Positions 17,754 to 27,304 of a stretch of DNA of 64,000 nucleotides are shown piece by piece (position 1 is the first letter of the stretch; each line of letters opens with the position of its first letter). The DNA comes from an uncultured Chloroflexia bacterium (GTDB lineage Bacteria > Chloroflexota > Limnocylindria > Limnocylindrales > CSP1-4), in contig CAVYIM010000003.1 of the NCBI GenBank assembly GCA_963768655.1, forward strand, positions 96,001 to 160,000, in the 5' to 3' direction. The position numbers were made by a program, and so were the translations under genes. The notes beneath the pieces were generated by a model. It ran no database searches and was not told the origin of the DNA. It was given only the letters and a program-made list of their open reading frames with translations.

Positions 17754-18890
17754 ATGAGTAGCTTCCGCGACGCATACCGCGAGTTCACCGGCAAGACCCC
17801 AGAGGAGGCCCTCAAGGCGGCTCGCGACGAATTCGGTGTGGACCTGAACGAGCTCGACTTCGAGATCCTGACGCCCGGCAGCCGCGGCGTCCTTGGCATG
17901 GGCGCCGAGCCGGCCCGCGTCCTTGCGGCGCCCCGATCCGCGCTCGGCGGCTCCGCCCCCAAGCGTGAGGCCGCGGCCCAGGTTCCGCTGCCGCCCCCGC
18001 CCGCCCGCGACCGCGACCGCGAGGATCGCCCACGTCACGACCGCGGCTTCGACCGTGGCGGCCGTCCCGCGTGGGGCGACCGGGGCGGTGAGCGCGGTGG
18101 CTTCGATCGAGACCGCGGCGGCGATCGCGGCGGCGATCGCGCCCCGGGTGGCTTCGATCGAGACCGCAGTCCGCGACCGCCCCGCCCCGAAGGCGCTCCG
18201 ATGCGCGGTGGATCGCCCCGCCCGGGTGGCGGTCGTCCGGACCGTGGTCCCGGCGGCGGGCAATTCGACCGCGACCGTGGCCGCCGCCCCGACGGTGGAG
18301 CGCGCCCCCCGCGCCCGGATGGCCGGCCTGCACCGCAGGCCGCGCTGACCGCCAAGGAGCTCGAGGAAGTGGCGGCCGCGCGCGTCGCCCCGCCCATCGA
18401 GCGGCCCGAGTCCGCCGAGGTCACGCCCGAGGCCATGGCCGCGGCCAAGGAGATCCTCGAGAACCTCATGGCCCAGCTCGATTTCCACGTTCGCGTGGAG
18501 ATCAAGGCCGGCGAGACGAACCGCCTCAACGTGGTCGGCGAGGGTGCCGAGAAGGAATTGCTCGGCGCGCTGATCGGGCGCAAGGGCGAACGGCTCTCCG
18601 CTCTGCAGCACCTCGTGAATCTCCTGCTGTCGAAGAAGGTCGGCGAGTGGACGCGAATCCTCGTCGACGTGGAGGACTATCGCGGCCGTCGCGAGCGTCA
18701 ACTCCGCGACCTGGCCAATCGCGCCGCCGAGCGCGTGCTGGAAACTGGCAAGATGCTCCAGCTCGAGCCGATGCCGGCACTCGAAAGGCGCTGGATCCAC
18801 CTCGCCCTGCGCGACCACGACAAGGTGGCCACGCAATCAATCGGCGAAGAGCCAAATCGTCGCGTGGTGGTGCTCCCACGAGAGCTCTAG
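17754..18890 (+). CDS. jag: Jag/EloR/KhpB RNA-binding protein
   Basis: Jag_N (GKTPEEAL), KH (LIGRKGERLSALQ) and R3H (ERRWIH...GEEPNRRVV) domains; long Arg/Gly/Asp-rich linker. Confidence 0.93.
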   Translation: MSSFRDAYREFTGKTPEEALKAARDEFGVDLNELDFEILTPGSRGVLGMGAEPARVLAAPRSALGGSAPKREAAAQVPLPPPPARDRDREDRPRHDRGFDRGGRPAWGDRGGERGGFDRDRGGDRGGDRAPGGFDRDRSPRPPRPEGAPMRGGSPRPGGGRPDRGPGGGQFDRDRGRRPDGGARPPRPDGRPAPQAALTAKELEEVAAARVAPPIERPESAEVTPEAMAAAKEILENLMAQLDFHVRVEIKAGETNRLNVVGEGAEKELLGALIGRKGERLSALQHLVNLLLSKKVGEWTRILVDVEDYRGRRERQLRDLANRAAERVLETGKMLQLEPMPALERRWIHLALRDHDKVATQSIGEEPNRRVVVLPREL

Positions 18891-19130
18891 ACAATTCCAG
18901 CCCGGGCATCGACCGGCGATCGTCGTTGAGCCAGTCTCGGGCTGCGGGCTCCCTCTTTGGGGAGTAGCAAACGATATCGGCACGCTCAATTATCATGTGG
19001 ACGACGGCGTCACGGAGGCGCCAGGTCGTGCGTCTATCGCGCGGCCGGGCGTGACCTCCCGGTCTAACCAGCCCCTGCCGTCCAGCGCCGCCCCCACCAC
19101 GAACCAATCGGCGCGACAGAAGGAACGATT

Positions 19131-21395
19131 ATGACCTGGGACACCCGCGAGCCAAGGAACCAAGCCAAGCCCGGTGCGTCGCAGCCTCAGGGCTGGGACG
19201 GCCCGAGCTGGTGGGACGAATCGGGCACTCCGGCCCGGAAGACGGCGTCAGCGGTCCGTTCTGCTCCGACCGGACAGTCGATCCGCGGTACCGCCACCAC
19301 GTTGCCGCCCACCAACGGTTCCGGCAACGGCTCAAACGGGTCGGCCGCGATGGCGAAGGCCGGGGCTGTGGGGGCCAGTCGCGCCAGGTCTCGCTCGACG
19401 TCTCGGCCGCGCTCCGGGGTGACCACCGCCACCTTGCGGTTCGTGGTCGGTTTCAGCCTTGGAGTGTTCGGCGCACTCATCCTTGCCACCGTCGCCGTCC
19501 TCGGTCTTACGCGGGCGTACGACGGCAAGATCATGCCCGGTGTTCACGCGGGAACGGTGGATGTTTCGGGGCTCACCCGGGACGAGGCGATCGCCGCCAT
19601 CGATTCCGCGTATGCGTCCCTTGGCCAGGGCCAGGTCACGATCACCACGCCGACCGGGACCGGCACCATCACTTACGCGGACGCCGGGCGAGGCCCCGAC
19701 TCCGCCGCCATGGCGGATGCGGCTCTGTCGGTCGGCCACGGCGACAACCCCGTTTCCAGCGTCACCTCTGCCATCCGCACCTTCGCGGGTGGCGTCGACA
19801 TCCCGGTGATCGTCAAGCTGGATCCGATGGCCCTCGAGACCAGGCTCCACGAGATAACGGGCTCGACCCAGGACCCGCCCACGGACGCCAGCGTCGCCGT
19901 CAACGGCACCAACTTCACAGTCGTCCCTGGCACGGCTGGCCGCGGCCTCGATGAGACCACCATCGCGACCGGACTGATCGACCAGCTGGCCAGTCCCGAT
20001 GCCCCAAGCCAGGTTCAGGTCGGTGGCAAGTTCATCACCGTCCAGCCGAACGTGACCGACGCGGACGCCCAGGCGGCAATCGACAGCGCCAACAAGATGT
20101 CGGTCGATGTCACGTTGACGTACGACACCAAGACCTGGACGATCGACGCGGCAACCATCCGCAGCTGGATCATCTTCGGCGACCGAAGCGACGGAACCTA
20201 CGGCCCGGTGATCAATCCGGCGCTGGTCAAGACCTACGTCAGTACTCTGTCGTCGGACGTCAACGTCGCTCCCGTCGAGCCCAACGTCATCTACACAAGT
20301 GACAAGCCGACGGGTGTCACCGCCGGCAAGGCCGGCGTCACGCTCGACGTGGACGGCACTTCCCAGGCCATCGAGGCCTACCTGGACGATCTCGCGACGG
20401 GGACCGCGAATTCGAGCACCACCGTGGCGCTCGTCGCGGACGTGACCCAGCCGACGCTCACCAACAACCCCACGCTCACCGGCTTCGTGATCATCGGCGA
20501 CTGGCACGTCACGTACTTCCCCGGTGAGTCCAACGGCTACGGGGTGAACATCGCCCTGCCGGCCAGCATTCTGAACGGCCAGGTGGTCGCCCCCGGCGCC
20601 CAGTTCAACTTCCTGGATCGCGTCGGGCCGATCAGCCTGGCCACCGGCTGGAAGATGGGCGGCGTCATCCTGAACGGGGCGAGCAACCACACCGGCGCCG
20701 TCGGCGGCGGCATCTGCTCGGCATCCACGACCATGTTCAACGCCGCGGCGCGGGCGGGCCTGGAGATCGACGAGCGGCACGCGCACTTCTACTACATCAA
20801 CCGCTACCCCGTCGGTCTCGACGCGACCGTCTACTCCAACGGCACGACCACCTGGAACCTGCGCTGGACCAACGACACTCCGTACCCGATCGTCATCAGG
20901 GCCTTCGTGACCGGCGGCTCAACGAAGAAGAACATCTGGGTGCAGCTGTGGAGCCTGCCGAACGGGCGCGTCACTACCTTCTCACCGACGAATCCCGTCG
21001 AAACCAACGTGGTCAAGGCCACCGACACCACCGAGTACGTTTCCGCCCTGCCGCCCGGCGAGAAGAGTCCCTACCGCTTCGAGTATCCGACGAACGGTTT
21101 CAACACCGTCGTGACCCGCACGGTCAAGGACTCGACCGGCGCCATCATCCACTCCGACACGTGGTATTCCAAGTACGGCGTGGTGAACGGCCTGCTGGCG
21201 TACAAGGGCACGCCACCGCCGTCGAAGTCGCCGACGCCGACCCCGGGCGCGCCCACGCCGACGCCGAAGTCGCCGACGCCGACGCCCGCGCCCACGCCCA
21301 CGCCCACGTCCTCCGCCCTTCTCCCGCTGACATTTCTCCCGCTGCTGGTCCTGCTGGTGCCGGTCCTGCGGCAGCGGCGGCTCCTCCGCAAGTAG
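19131..21395 (+). CDS. VanW-family envelope protein with peptidoglycan-binding-type repeats
   Basis: N-terminal TM; VanW motifs (VAPGAQFNF, GGGICSASTTMFNAA, ERHAH, YPVGLDATV, NDTPYPIVI); Pro/Thr-rich tail and hydrophobic C-terminus. Confidence 0.88.
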   Translation: MTWDTREPRNQAKPGASQPQGWDGPSWWDESGTPARKTASAVRSAPTGQSIRGTATTLPPTNGSGNGSNGSAAMAKAGAVGASRARSRSTSRPRSGVTTATLRFVVGFSLGVFGALILATVAVLGLTRAYDGKIMPGVHAGTVDVSGLTRDEAIAAIDSAYASLGQGQVTITTPTGTGTITYADAGRGPDSAAMADAALSVGHGDNPVSSVTSAIRTFAGGVDIPVIVKLDPMALETRLHEITGSTQDPPTDASVAVNGTNFTVVPGTAGRGLDETTIATGLIDQLASPDAPSQVQVGGKFITVQPNVTDADAQAAIDSANKMSVDVTLTYDTKTWTIDAATIRSWIIFGDRSDGTYGPVINPALVKTYVSTLSSDVNVAPVEPNVIYTSDKPTGVTAGKAGVTLDVDGTSQAIEAYLDDLATGTANSSTTVALVADVTQPTLTNNPTLTGFVIIGDWHVTYFPGESNGYGVNIALPASILNGQVVAPGAQFNFLDRVGPISLATGWKMGGVILNGASNHTGAVGGGICSASTTMFNAAARAGLEIDERHAHFYYINRYPVGLDATVYSNGTTTWNLRWTNDTPYPIVIRAFVTGGSTKKNIWVQLWSLPNGRVTTFSPTNPVETNVVKATDTTEYVSALPPGEKSPYRFEYPTNGFNTVVTRTVKDSTGAIIHSDTWYSKYGVVNGLLAYKGTPPPSKSPTPTPGAPTPTPKSPTPTPAPTPTPTSSALLPLTFLPLLVLLVPVLRQRRLLRK

Positions 21396-21419
21396 GCGGT
21401 TCTCACCCAGACACGGCAC

Positions 21420-21444
21420 GAGCCGGCGCGAACAGCGCCGGCTC
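21420..21444. terminator. Hairpin between convergent genes, probable bidirectional terminator
   Basis: GAGCCGGCGC-gaaca-GCGCCGGCTC, a perfect 10-bp stem. Confidence 0.65.
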
Positions 21445-21446
21445 CT

Positions 21447-22808
21447 CTATTTGGGCGCGACCCGGGCGGCCGCGGCGTCGGTGGCCGTAGCCCCCGTCGC
21501 GGGCGTGACTCCGGCGGCCGTGGCCCCGGCGGCAGCCGTAGCTCGATCGCCCTGCCCCGCCTCGTAGCCCAGCAACTGCGGGAAGCGCCGCAGCACCGCG
21601 GCCAGGCCCACCAGGCACAGCACGCCACCGGAGACCACCGAGAACTGCGGCCCGGCGATGGCGGAGACGGCCGCCGCCTCGGCGTCGCCCAGGCGCGGTC
21701 CGCTCGTGACCACCAGTGTGTGGATCGACATCAGGCGGCCCCGCAGCGGGTCTGGCGTCTCGAGCTGGACGATCGTGGAGCGCAGCACGGCGCTGATGAC
21801 GTCGGCGCCGCCCGCCGCGGCCAGGCACAGCAGCGCCAGCGGGAAGCTCGCCGCCAGGAGGCCGAAGGCGGCGATCGCGGCGCCCCAGCCGGCCACGGAC
21901 ACCGCCACTCCCCGCCCGGGGTGCCGAGCGTGGGCCGTCCAGCCGGTCAGCGCCGAGCCCACCAGCGCGCCCAGGGCCGGCGCCGCGGTCAGCAGCCCGT
22001 AGCCGGCCGTGCCCACGTTGAAGACCGTAAGGGCGAGCTGCGGGAAGAGCGAGCTCGGCATGCCGAAGATCATCGCGTCGAGGTCTATGACGAAGGTGGC
22101 CAGCACGATCTTGCGCGATCGGGCGAAGCGGAGCCCCTCGGCCACGGAACGGAGACTCGGGCGGGGGGCCTCGGGGTGAGGCGGGATCGGGGCGATCAGC
22201 AGGGCCCCCGCGATCGCGGCCATGAACGTCGCCACGTCGAACGAGAAGGCCCAGCCCGCTCCGGCCAGCGCGACGAGGACGCCGCCGAAAACCGGCCCGA
22301 CGACGGAGACGGTCTGGGAGCTGAGCGAGTTGACGGCGATGGCGGCCTGGAGCCGCTCCCTGGGGACGAGCCTCGGGATCGCTGACGAACGCGTTGGGGC
22401 GTCCACGGCGCCGATCCCGGCGGCCACGAAGGCAACGACGTAGAAGCCCCACAGCGGCGGGGCGGGCAGGAACGCCAGGAAGGCCAGCATGGCGCTGGTT
22501 GCCGCCAGGCTCACCTGAGTGACGAGCAGCAGCTTGCGCCGGTCGACGGCGTCGGCAACAGCGCCGCCGCCGAGTGCGAAGACGAGAATCGGGACCAGCT
22601 GGATGATCGCCAGCAGGCCGATCGCAAGGGGATTCCTCGTCAAATTCCAGAGTTCGAGCGGCAGGACGACGATGGTGACCTGCCGGCCGACGCCGCTGAC
22701 CAGCTGGCCGAGCCACATCATCCGGAAGTCGCGGTCGCGCCTGACCGGTTCCAGATCGACCAGCAGGCCCCGCAGTCGCGTGCGTCGGGTCGGAGGCTTG
22801 AGGGACAT
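21447..22808 (-). CDS. MFS transporter (EntS/MFS_3-like)
   Basis: RDFRMMWLGQLVS, GGAVADAVDRRK and TPDPLRGR; about 12 TM helices. TATCCT lies 7 nt before ATG 22808. Confidence 0.9.
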   Translation of the reverse strand: MSLKPPTRRTRLRGLLVDLEPVRRDRDFRMMWLGQLVSGVGRQVTIVVLPLELWNLTRNPLAIGLLAIIQLVPILVFALGGGAVADAVDRRKLLLVTQVSLAATSAMLAFLAFLPAPPLWGFYVVAFVAAGIGAVDAPTRSSAIPRLVPRERLQAAIAVNSLSSQTVSVVGPVFGGVLVALAGAGWAFSFDVATFMAAIAGALLIAPIPPHPEAPRPSLRSVAEGLRFARSRKIVLATFVIDLDAMIFGMPSSLFPQLALTVFNVGTAGYGLLTAAPALGALVGSALTGWTAHARHPGRGVAVSVAGWGAAIAAFGLLAASFPLALLCLAAAGGADVISAVLRSTIVQLETPDPLRGRLMSIHTLVVTSGPRLGDAEAAAVSAIAGPQFSVVSGGVLCLVGLAAVLRRFPQLLGYEAGQGDRATAAAGATAAGVTPATGATATDAAAARVAPK

Positions 22809-22997
22809 GGCGCGAAGGATATGCGACGTCTGTCGAGCCGACACGATGCGGCGGGGTCGAGCGTCTGAAGGCTCGCCCCGACGACTTGCCGCCGGGAACA
22901 GCGGGGGCGGGCTTGATCATCGGGTCAAGAGGAACGAGACTCCCTGCAGCACGCGGGGCAGGCCTGCAGGGGCTCAATCGGCGACAGGGAGGCCGAG

Positions 22998-24851
22998 ATG
23001 AAGTCGGGCTTGGGCAAGGGCGGTCCAAATCGGGATCGGGCCTATTACGAGCCTCCACGGTCTGCCATCGGGCGGATCGAGGCCCACATCGAGGAGATCC
23101 GGGGCGACGAGCCCGAGCCGGCGCCGCCTCCGACGAGGCGAATGGCACTCAGCCGAGTGGTATTGCGCCACCGTCCGGCGCTTGCTGCCGGTCTGGGCGC
23201 GATAGCGGTGCTCGTTGCCGTGGTGGTCATGGGCCCCGGCCTTCGTTCCCATCAGGCGACCCAGCCGACACTCGGCCCGGCGGCGACCCCGGCGGAGATC
23301 GCGCTCGTCACTGAGGTTCCGACGCCGCTCCCGTCTGTGAACGACCTGACTGCGCCCAGCCCCACTTTGTTGCCGACGCCGACCCTGACGCCGTCTCCAA
23401 CGCCGATCCTGATCTGGACTGCAGCCCCGCGGTGGACGCCTCCACCCACGCCGAACCCCACGCCTACGCCGAAGCCCACACCAGCGCCCACGCCGTGGAT
23501 GGCGAAGGGCTGGCCGGTAGCCCTACCAAATGGTGTCTTGAGTGTCGACAGTTACGAGTACTCCTCGGGCGACATGGTGGTCGGCCCGGATGGCACGGTC
23601 TACATCCCCACCATTGCCGCGCTCAGCTCCACGGGCCATTCCCGCAGCGGGTGGCTCCGGTTGCCGGATGGCGACTACGGAACGCCCGTCGCATTTGGGA
23701 CGGACGGCACGATCTACGCGACCGACTACGACAACAGCAGCACGGACACGGGGTCGCTCTACTCCTTTGCCGCGGACGGGAAGTCGCACGCCGGTTGGCC
23801 GATTACCGTCGGCACTCAGGCGACATTCGAGGCGGGACCGTCGGGCAGCGTGTATGTCTTCGACGATGACGGAACCTCGTACACCGTCACCGTGCTGGCT
23901 CCGACCGGCAAGACCATCGCGACGTGGACCCTCGGCGCCGACGCGACCGGCACGTGCGGAAATGTGATCCGGCCGGACGGGACTCTGCTCTACGCGTATT
24001 CCCCGGACAATTCGGGCACCGACTGCGAAGTGGATGTCTACGGCCCGACCGGCAACCGCCTGTCCAAGAGCCCGGCCCGAGGTTGGGACGGACTGACGAT
24101 GGCTCCCGACGGCACAGTCGTCGCGGTGGGCTACGACATGGAGCCATACGACAGCTCGGTCGTCGCCCAGACCCGGGTGGCCGTGATCGGGGCCGACGGT
24201 CTTCCGGCGGCAGGCTGGCCCATCGCCCTGCAGGGGAAAGCCTCAGCCCCGTCGTTCGGGCCGGACGGGACCATGTACCTGGCTCTGGCGGGCGTCGGCA
24301 CGTCGCCGTCCCAGGTCGTTGCCTACGATGCGGCCGGGGCCGTCAAGACTGGCTGGCCGACCGACCTACCCTCGGGCTATGGGCCATTCGCCGGCGGCGA
24401 GGCGCCCGTGATCGGGAACGACGGGACCGTCTACGAGGCAGCGACCAAGAGTGATTGGACGGGCGTGGTGGTGGCGTTCGATCCTTCGGGCAAAGTCCTG
24501 CCAGGGTGGCCCTATGTGCTTCCCCAGGCCTTCTCCAATTTCGACGGCGGGAGCCCGTCGTGGGGCGGGCCGGACATGGTGAACCCGGGTCCGATGTTCG
24601 CCCCATCGTCGTCGGGCGGGGGCCTGCTCTACCTGGCCCTCGACGGGGAGGCGGTGGCGCTGGGCCACGACGGGAAAGTGGCTTCGGGCTGGCCGTACAT
24701 GCTGCCCGGTAAGGATGAGGATTCCTGCTACTGGGAGCAGTGGGCGGCCATGCCGGATGGGGGACTGGTTCTGGTAACCGAAACCGGGACGGACCAGGGC
24801 ACCGAGACTGACGTGCTGCGCCTGACACCGGCCGGCACGTTGCTCCACTGA
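22998..24851 (+). CDS. Membrane-anchored beta-propeller repeat protein (GWP and GxDGTxY repeats)
   Basis: SD GGGAGG; one TM, a Pro/Thr linker, six GWP motifs and about eight DGT-type blade motifs. Confidence 0.75.
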   Translation: MKSGLGKGGPNRDRAYYEPPRSAIGRIEAHIEEIRGDEPEPAPPPTRRMALSRVVLRHRPALAAGLGAIAVLVAVVVMGPGLRSHQATQPTLGPAATPAEIALVTEVPTPLPSVNDLTAPSPTLLPTPTLTPSPTPILIWTAAPRWTPPPTPNPTPTPKPTPAPTPWMAKGWPVALPNGVLSVDSYEYSSGDMVVGPDGTVYIPTIAALSSTGHSRSGWLRLPDGDYGTPVAFGTDGTIYATDYDNSSTDTGSLYSFAADGKSHAGWPITVGTQATFEAGPSGSVYVFDDDGTSYTVTVLAPTGKTIATWTLGADATGTCGNVIRPDGTLLYAYSPDNSGTDCEVDVYGPTGNRLSKSPARGWDGLTMAPDGTVVAVGYDMEPYDSSVVAQTRVAVIGADGLPAAGWPIALQGKASAPSFGPDGTMYLALAGVGTSPSQVVAYDAAGAVKTGWPTDLPSGYGPFAGGEAPVIGNDGTVYEAATKSDWTGVVVAFDPSGKVLPGWPYVLPQAFSNFDGGSPSWGGPDMVNPGPMFAPSSSGGGLLYLALDGEAVALGHDGKVASGWPYMLPGKDEDSCYWEQWAAMPDGGLVLVTETGTDQGTETDVLRLTPAGTLLH

Positions 24852-24860
24852 GCGTCGCTG

Positions 24861-25583
24861 CTAATCGGTCCTCCGGCGCGCCAGGACGATCGAGACGCAG
24901 ACGAACCACAGCAGCAAGCTCAGGAGCGACGCCCATTCGAGCAGCGGCACAGTCCAGATCGCACTGCGCCCGATGATGTGCGCGTCCGGGTCGACCGGTC
25001 GATAGGTCGAATAGACCGCCAGGAAGACGAAGAAGATGGCGACCGAGATCGCGCCCGGGACGAGGAGCCAGCGCGGAAGGCCCGACTGTCGGTGCCGGGC
25101 GAGCCAGACGCTGAAGACGGCCACGACGATCCAGCCGGTGCAGAAGAAGACGCCCGAGACCAGGCGATGAACGGCGTGGGTGTCCATCGGGAAGATGCCG
25201 ACGAGCGCGCCGGAGGTGCCGGCCACGATCCCCGCCAGCATGAGCGCGGGGCGGTAGCGGCCCGTCAGGCGGCGCGACAGGATCAGCAGGAACAGGCCCA
25301 GGCCGATGGCACCTATCACGATCCCGGCGTTGAACACCGGCGCCAGCTGCGACCGGCCCGTCTCGCCCAGCTCGGAGATGAAATGGTTCAGCGGCGAGTA
25401 GCCCTCGCCGGCGTACCCGACGTACGGGATTGCCGTGACAAGCGCGCCGAGCAGGATCACCGTCGAGCCGGCGACGCCCAGAAGTCCAGCACTGCGCGGC
25501 GACACGTGGAAGGGATCGCTTCTACCAGCCGCGGCCCGAGCCGCCTGGCCTGCTCCCCCGTCCGTCGCCTCAGGCAAAGACAT
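24861..25583 (-). CDS. DUF998 family membrane protein
   Basis: YSPLNHFISELG and GIFPMD...H motifs; about 6 TM helices. Confidence 0.8.
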   Translation of the reverse strand: MSLPEATDGGAGQAARAAAGRSDPFHVSPRSAGLLGVAGSTVILLGALVTAIPYVGYAGEGYSPLNHFISELGETGRSQLAPVFNAGIVIGAIGLGLFLLILSRRLTGRYRPALMLAGIVAGTSGALVGIFPMDTHAVHRLVSGVFFCTGWIVVAVFSVWLARHRQSGLPRWLLVPGAISVAIFFVFLAVYSTYRPVDPDAHIIGRSAIWTVPLLEWASLLSLLLWFVCVSIVLARRRTD

Positions 25584-25909
25584 CCACCAACTGGCCCAGC
25601 TGGCTGCCCGAGGTCGAGGCGGTTTCGCGGTAGCGCGACAGCGGATCCCAGCCGGAGAGAGCCCGTCGCAGCACGGGCGTGGGATCGAGCGTGAAGTCGG
25701 CTGCGGCGGTGGGCTGTTCGGCCGACCGTAGCGCCTCGAAGGCGACGTTCGCCCGGCTCATCGCCTCGCTCGTGGCGGGGTTGACGTCCGGATGTAGGTG
25801 GCGGACGAGGATTCGGTAGGCGCCCTGGACGGCCTCGAAATCCAGCCGAGGGATCGAGCCCGAACGTCCGATAGTGATCGAGCGTGGAGAGCGCCAGGGT
25901 TGAGGCCAT
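25570..25909 (-). pseudogene. Small J-domain (DnaJ-like) protein gene with a one-base frameshift
   Basis: Removing one G at 25842/25843 gives DHYRTFGLDPSADFEAVQGAYRILVRHLHPDVNPATSEAMSRANVAFEALRS with an intact HPD motif (25786-25794). Confidence 0.8.
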
Positions 25910-26231
25910 CACCACTTCCGGCAGGGGAAAAGCAGATCCGATTCCCTGTATTCAGAGCTTACCAGAGCGCCCCCGACAAAGGGTCCGCCAGATGCCGTAG
26001 GTCCCCGATCGAACCGGTTAAGCGGTGCCTTCACGCTCCAGCCGGACCGACCCGAAGACAGGTCAGCCGGATCCACGGTGTGGGCTTAGGGGGCCGATTG
26101 ACAACCCGAACTTAATATGCAGAGGGTTTGATCGGGCGTGCGACCAGACCATACTCGGCCCACGCCGGCCATTGCTGAAACCAGCCCCGGCTCGGGGATG
26201 GGCCGCTTCGCCGGCGGGGGAGGTGAAACAG

Positions 26232-26741
26232 ATGACAGGTCCCGCACCCACCACGGGCCGCACCACCACCGGCCGTGGTCCACGACGGCGCAGTGCCGCC
26301 GCCAGCGCCGCTCCCGCAGCCGCGCCCATGGCTCCGGTAGCTGCTCCTGCTCCTGCCGTCCCAACGAACTCGGTCATGATTCCTGCCACGGTCGTGGCAA
26401 CTCCGGTCGCGCCGGTCGTGCATGCCCCTCGCGAATACATGGCCGTCTTGTACGGCTTGATCGTCGTGGTCGCCGGTTTCGCGACCATTCTCATCGCGCT
26501 GTGGCTGGTCTTGATCAACATCAAGAGTCTCACCGACCCGACAGCCTTCCTGGGCATGATCGTGATCGCGATTGCCGGCCTGGGCGGCGCCTTCTTCGGC
26601 GTTGCCCTCGGATTGCAGGGCGTAGTGAACGCGAACAAGGAGCGAGCGGCTGCGGAGGCGGCCAAGGACGTCGTGCAGCAACGCGCCGAGCGCTACCTCG
26701 CCAACCTCGACCCGGAGGTCGCCAAGACCCTCGTCAAGTAG
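26232..26741 (+). CDS. Hypothetical two-TM membrane protein with Ala/Pro-rich N-terminus
   Basis: Strong SD GGAGGTGA, two hydrophobic helices and a short helical tail; possible promoter TTGATC-N16-CATACT upstream. Confidence 0.75.
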   Translation: MTGPAPTTGRTTTGRGPRRRSAAASAAPAAAPMAPVAAPAPAVPTNSVMIPATVVATPVAPVVHAPREYMAVLYGLIVVVAGFATILIALWLVLINIKSLTDPTAFLGMIVIAIAGLGGAFFGVALGLQGVVNANKERAAAEAAKDVVQQRAERYLANLDPEVAKTLVK

Positions 26742-26849
26742 CCGAGCGATCGGCTGCCCCAGTGTCACCGACGCCAGGCCCGTCCCGTCCGTGGCCTGGC
26801 GTTTCGGTGTCCGGCGACCGGCCGGGCGCCCCACAGTCGCGGGCAAGAA

Positions 26850-27221
26850 TGGTGGAGATGGGGGAGAGTCGAACTCCCCGTCCAGAAACCTTCGCCGGAG
26901 ACCACTACGAGCGTGTCCGGTGATTTGTCGTCGATCGCCCGGCCGACCATCGGCAGCCTGCCGAGCGCTCCAGTCACGTTCCCTTTCGGGCTTTGATTCC
27001 GGCTACGCGACGCTACCCGGAATCGCACCTCCGCTCAATGACGCTTCCACAGCCCACGGAGGTGAGGCTGCTTCCACGTTCACCTTACTGCCTAAGCAGC
27101 GAGGGCGAAAGCAGGCTGGCTGTTGCCAGTTACTTCGTTTGGGCTCCTTATTACGAGGCCTGGAGTCCAACCTCGGCTCGCGTTCTCCGGTAACCGGCCC
27201 CTGTCGAAACCACGCATCCCC
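26850..27221 (-). ncRNA. ssrA: tmRNA (SsrA), tag peptide (A)GNSQPAFALAA
   Basis: 5' end GGGGATGCGTGGTTTCGAC; 3' end GGAGTTCGACTCTCCCCCATCTCCACCA; tag ORF 27127-27092 after TAACT; near smpB. Confidence 0.97.
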
Positions 27222-27250
27222 ACAGGTGCCGCTGCTACCAGCGCCCGCGG

Positions 27251-27278
27251 ATTGTACAGCGCCCTCCCCGAAGGTCAA
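27251..27278 (-). promoter_or_regulatory. ssrA promoter
   Basis: TTGACC-N16-TACAAT, about 30 nt before the mature 5' end. Confidence 0.7.
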
Positions 27279-27304
27279 CACGGCCGGCGGCTTCGAACCC
27301 CCGG

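Noticed and set aside
26098-26118. TTGACA and TAATAT as a sigma70 promoter
   Set aside because: Spacing is only 9 nt, incompatible with a -35/-10 pair.
22900-26850. Possible genomic island integrated at the ssrA 3' end
   Set aside because: No integrase, and I found no duplicated ssrA 3' end; the genes look accessory but island status cannot be supported.
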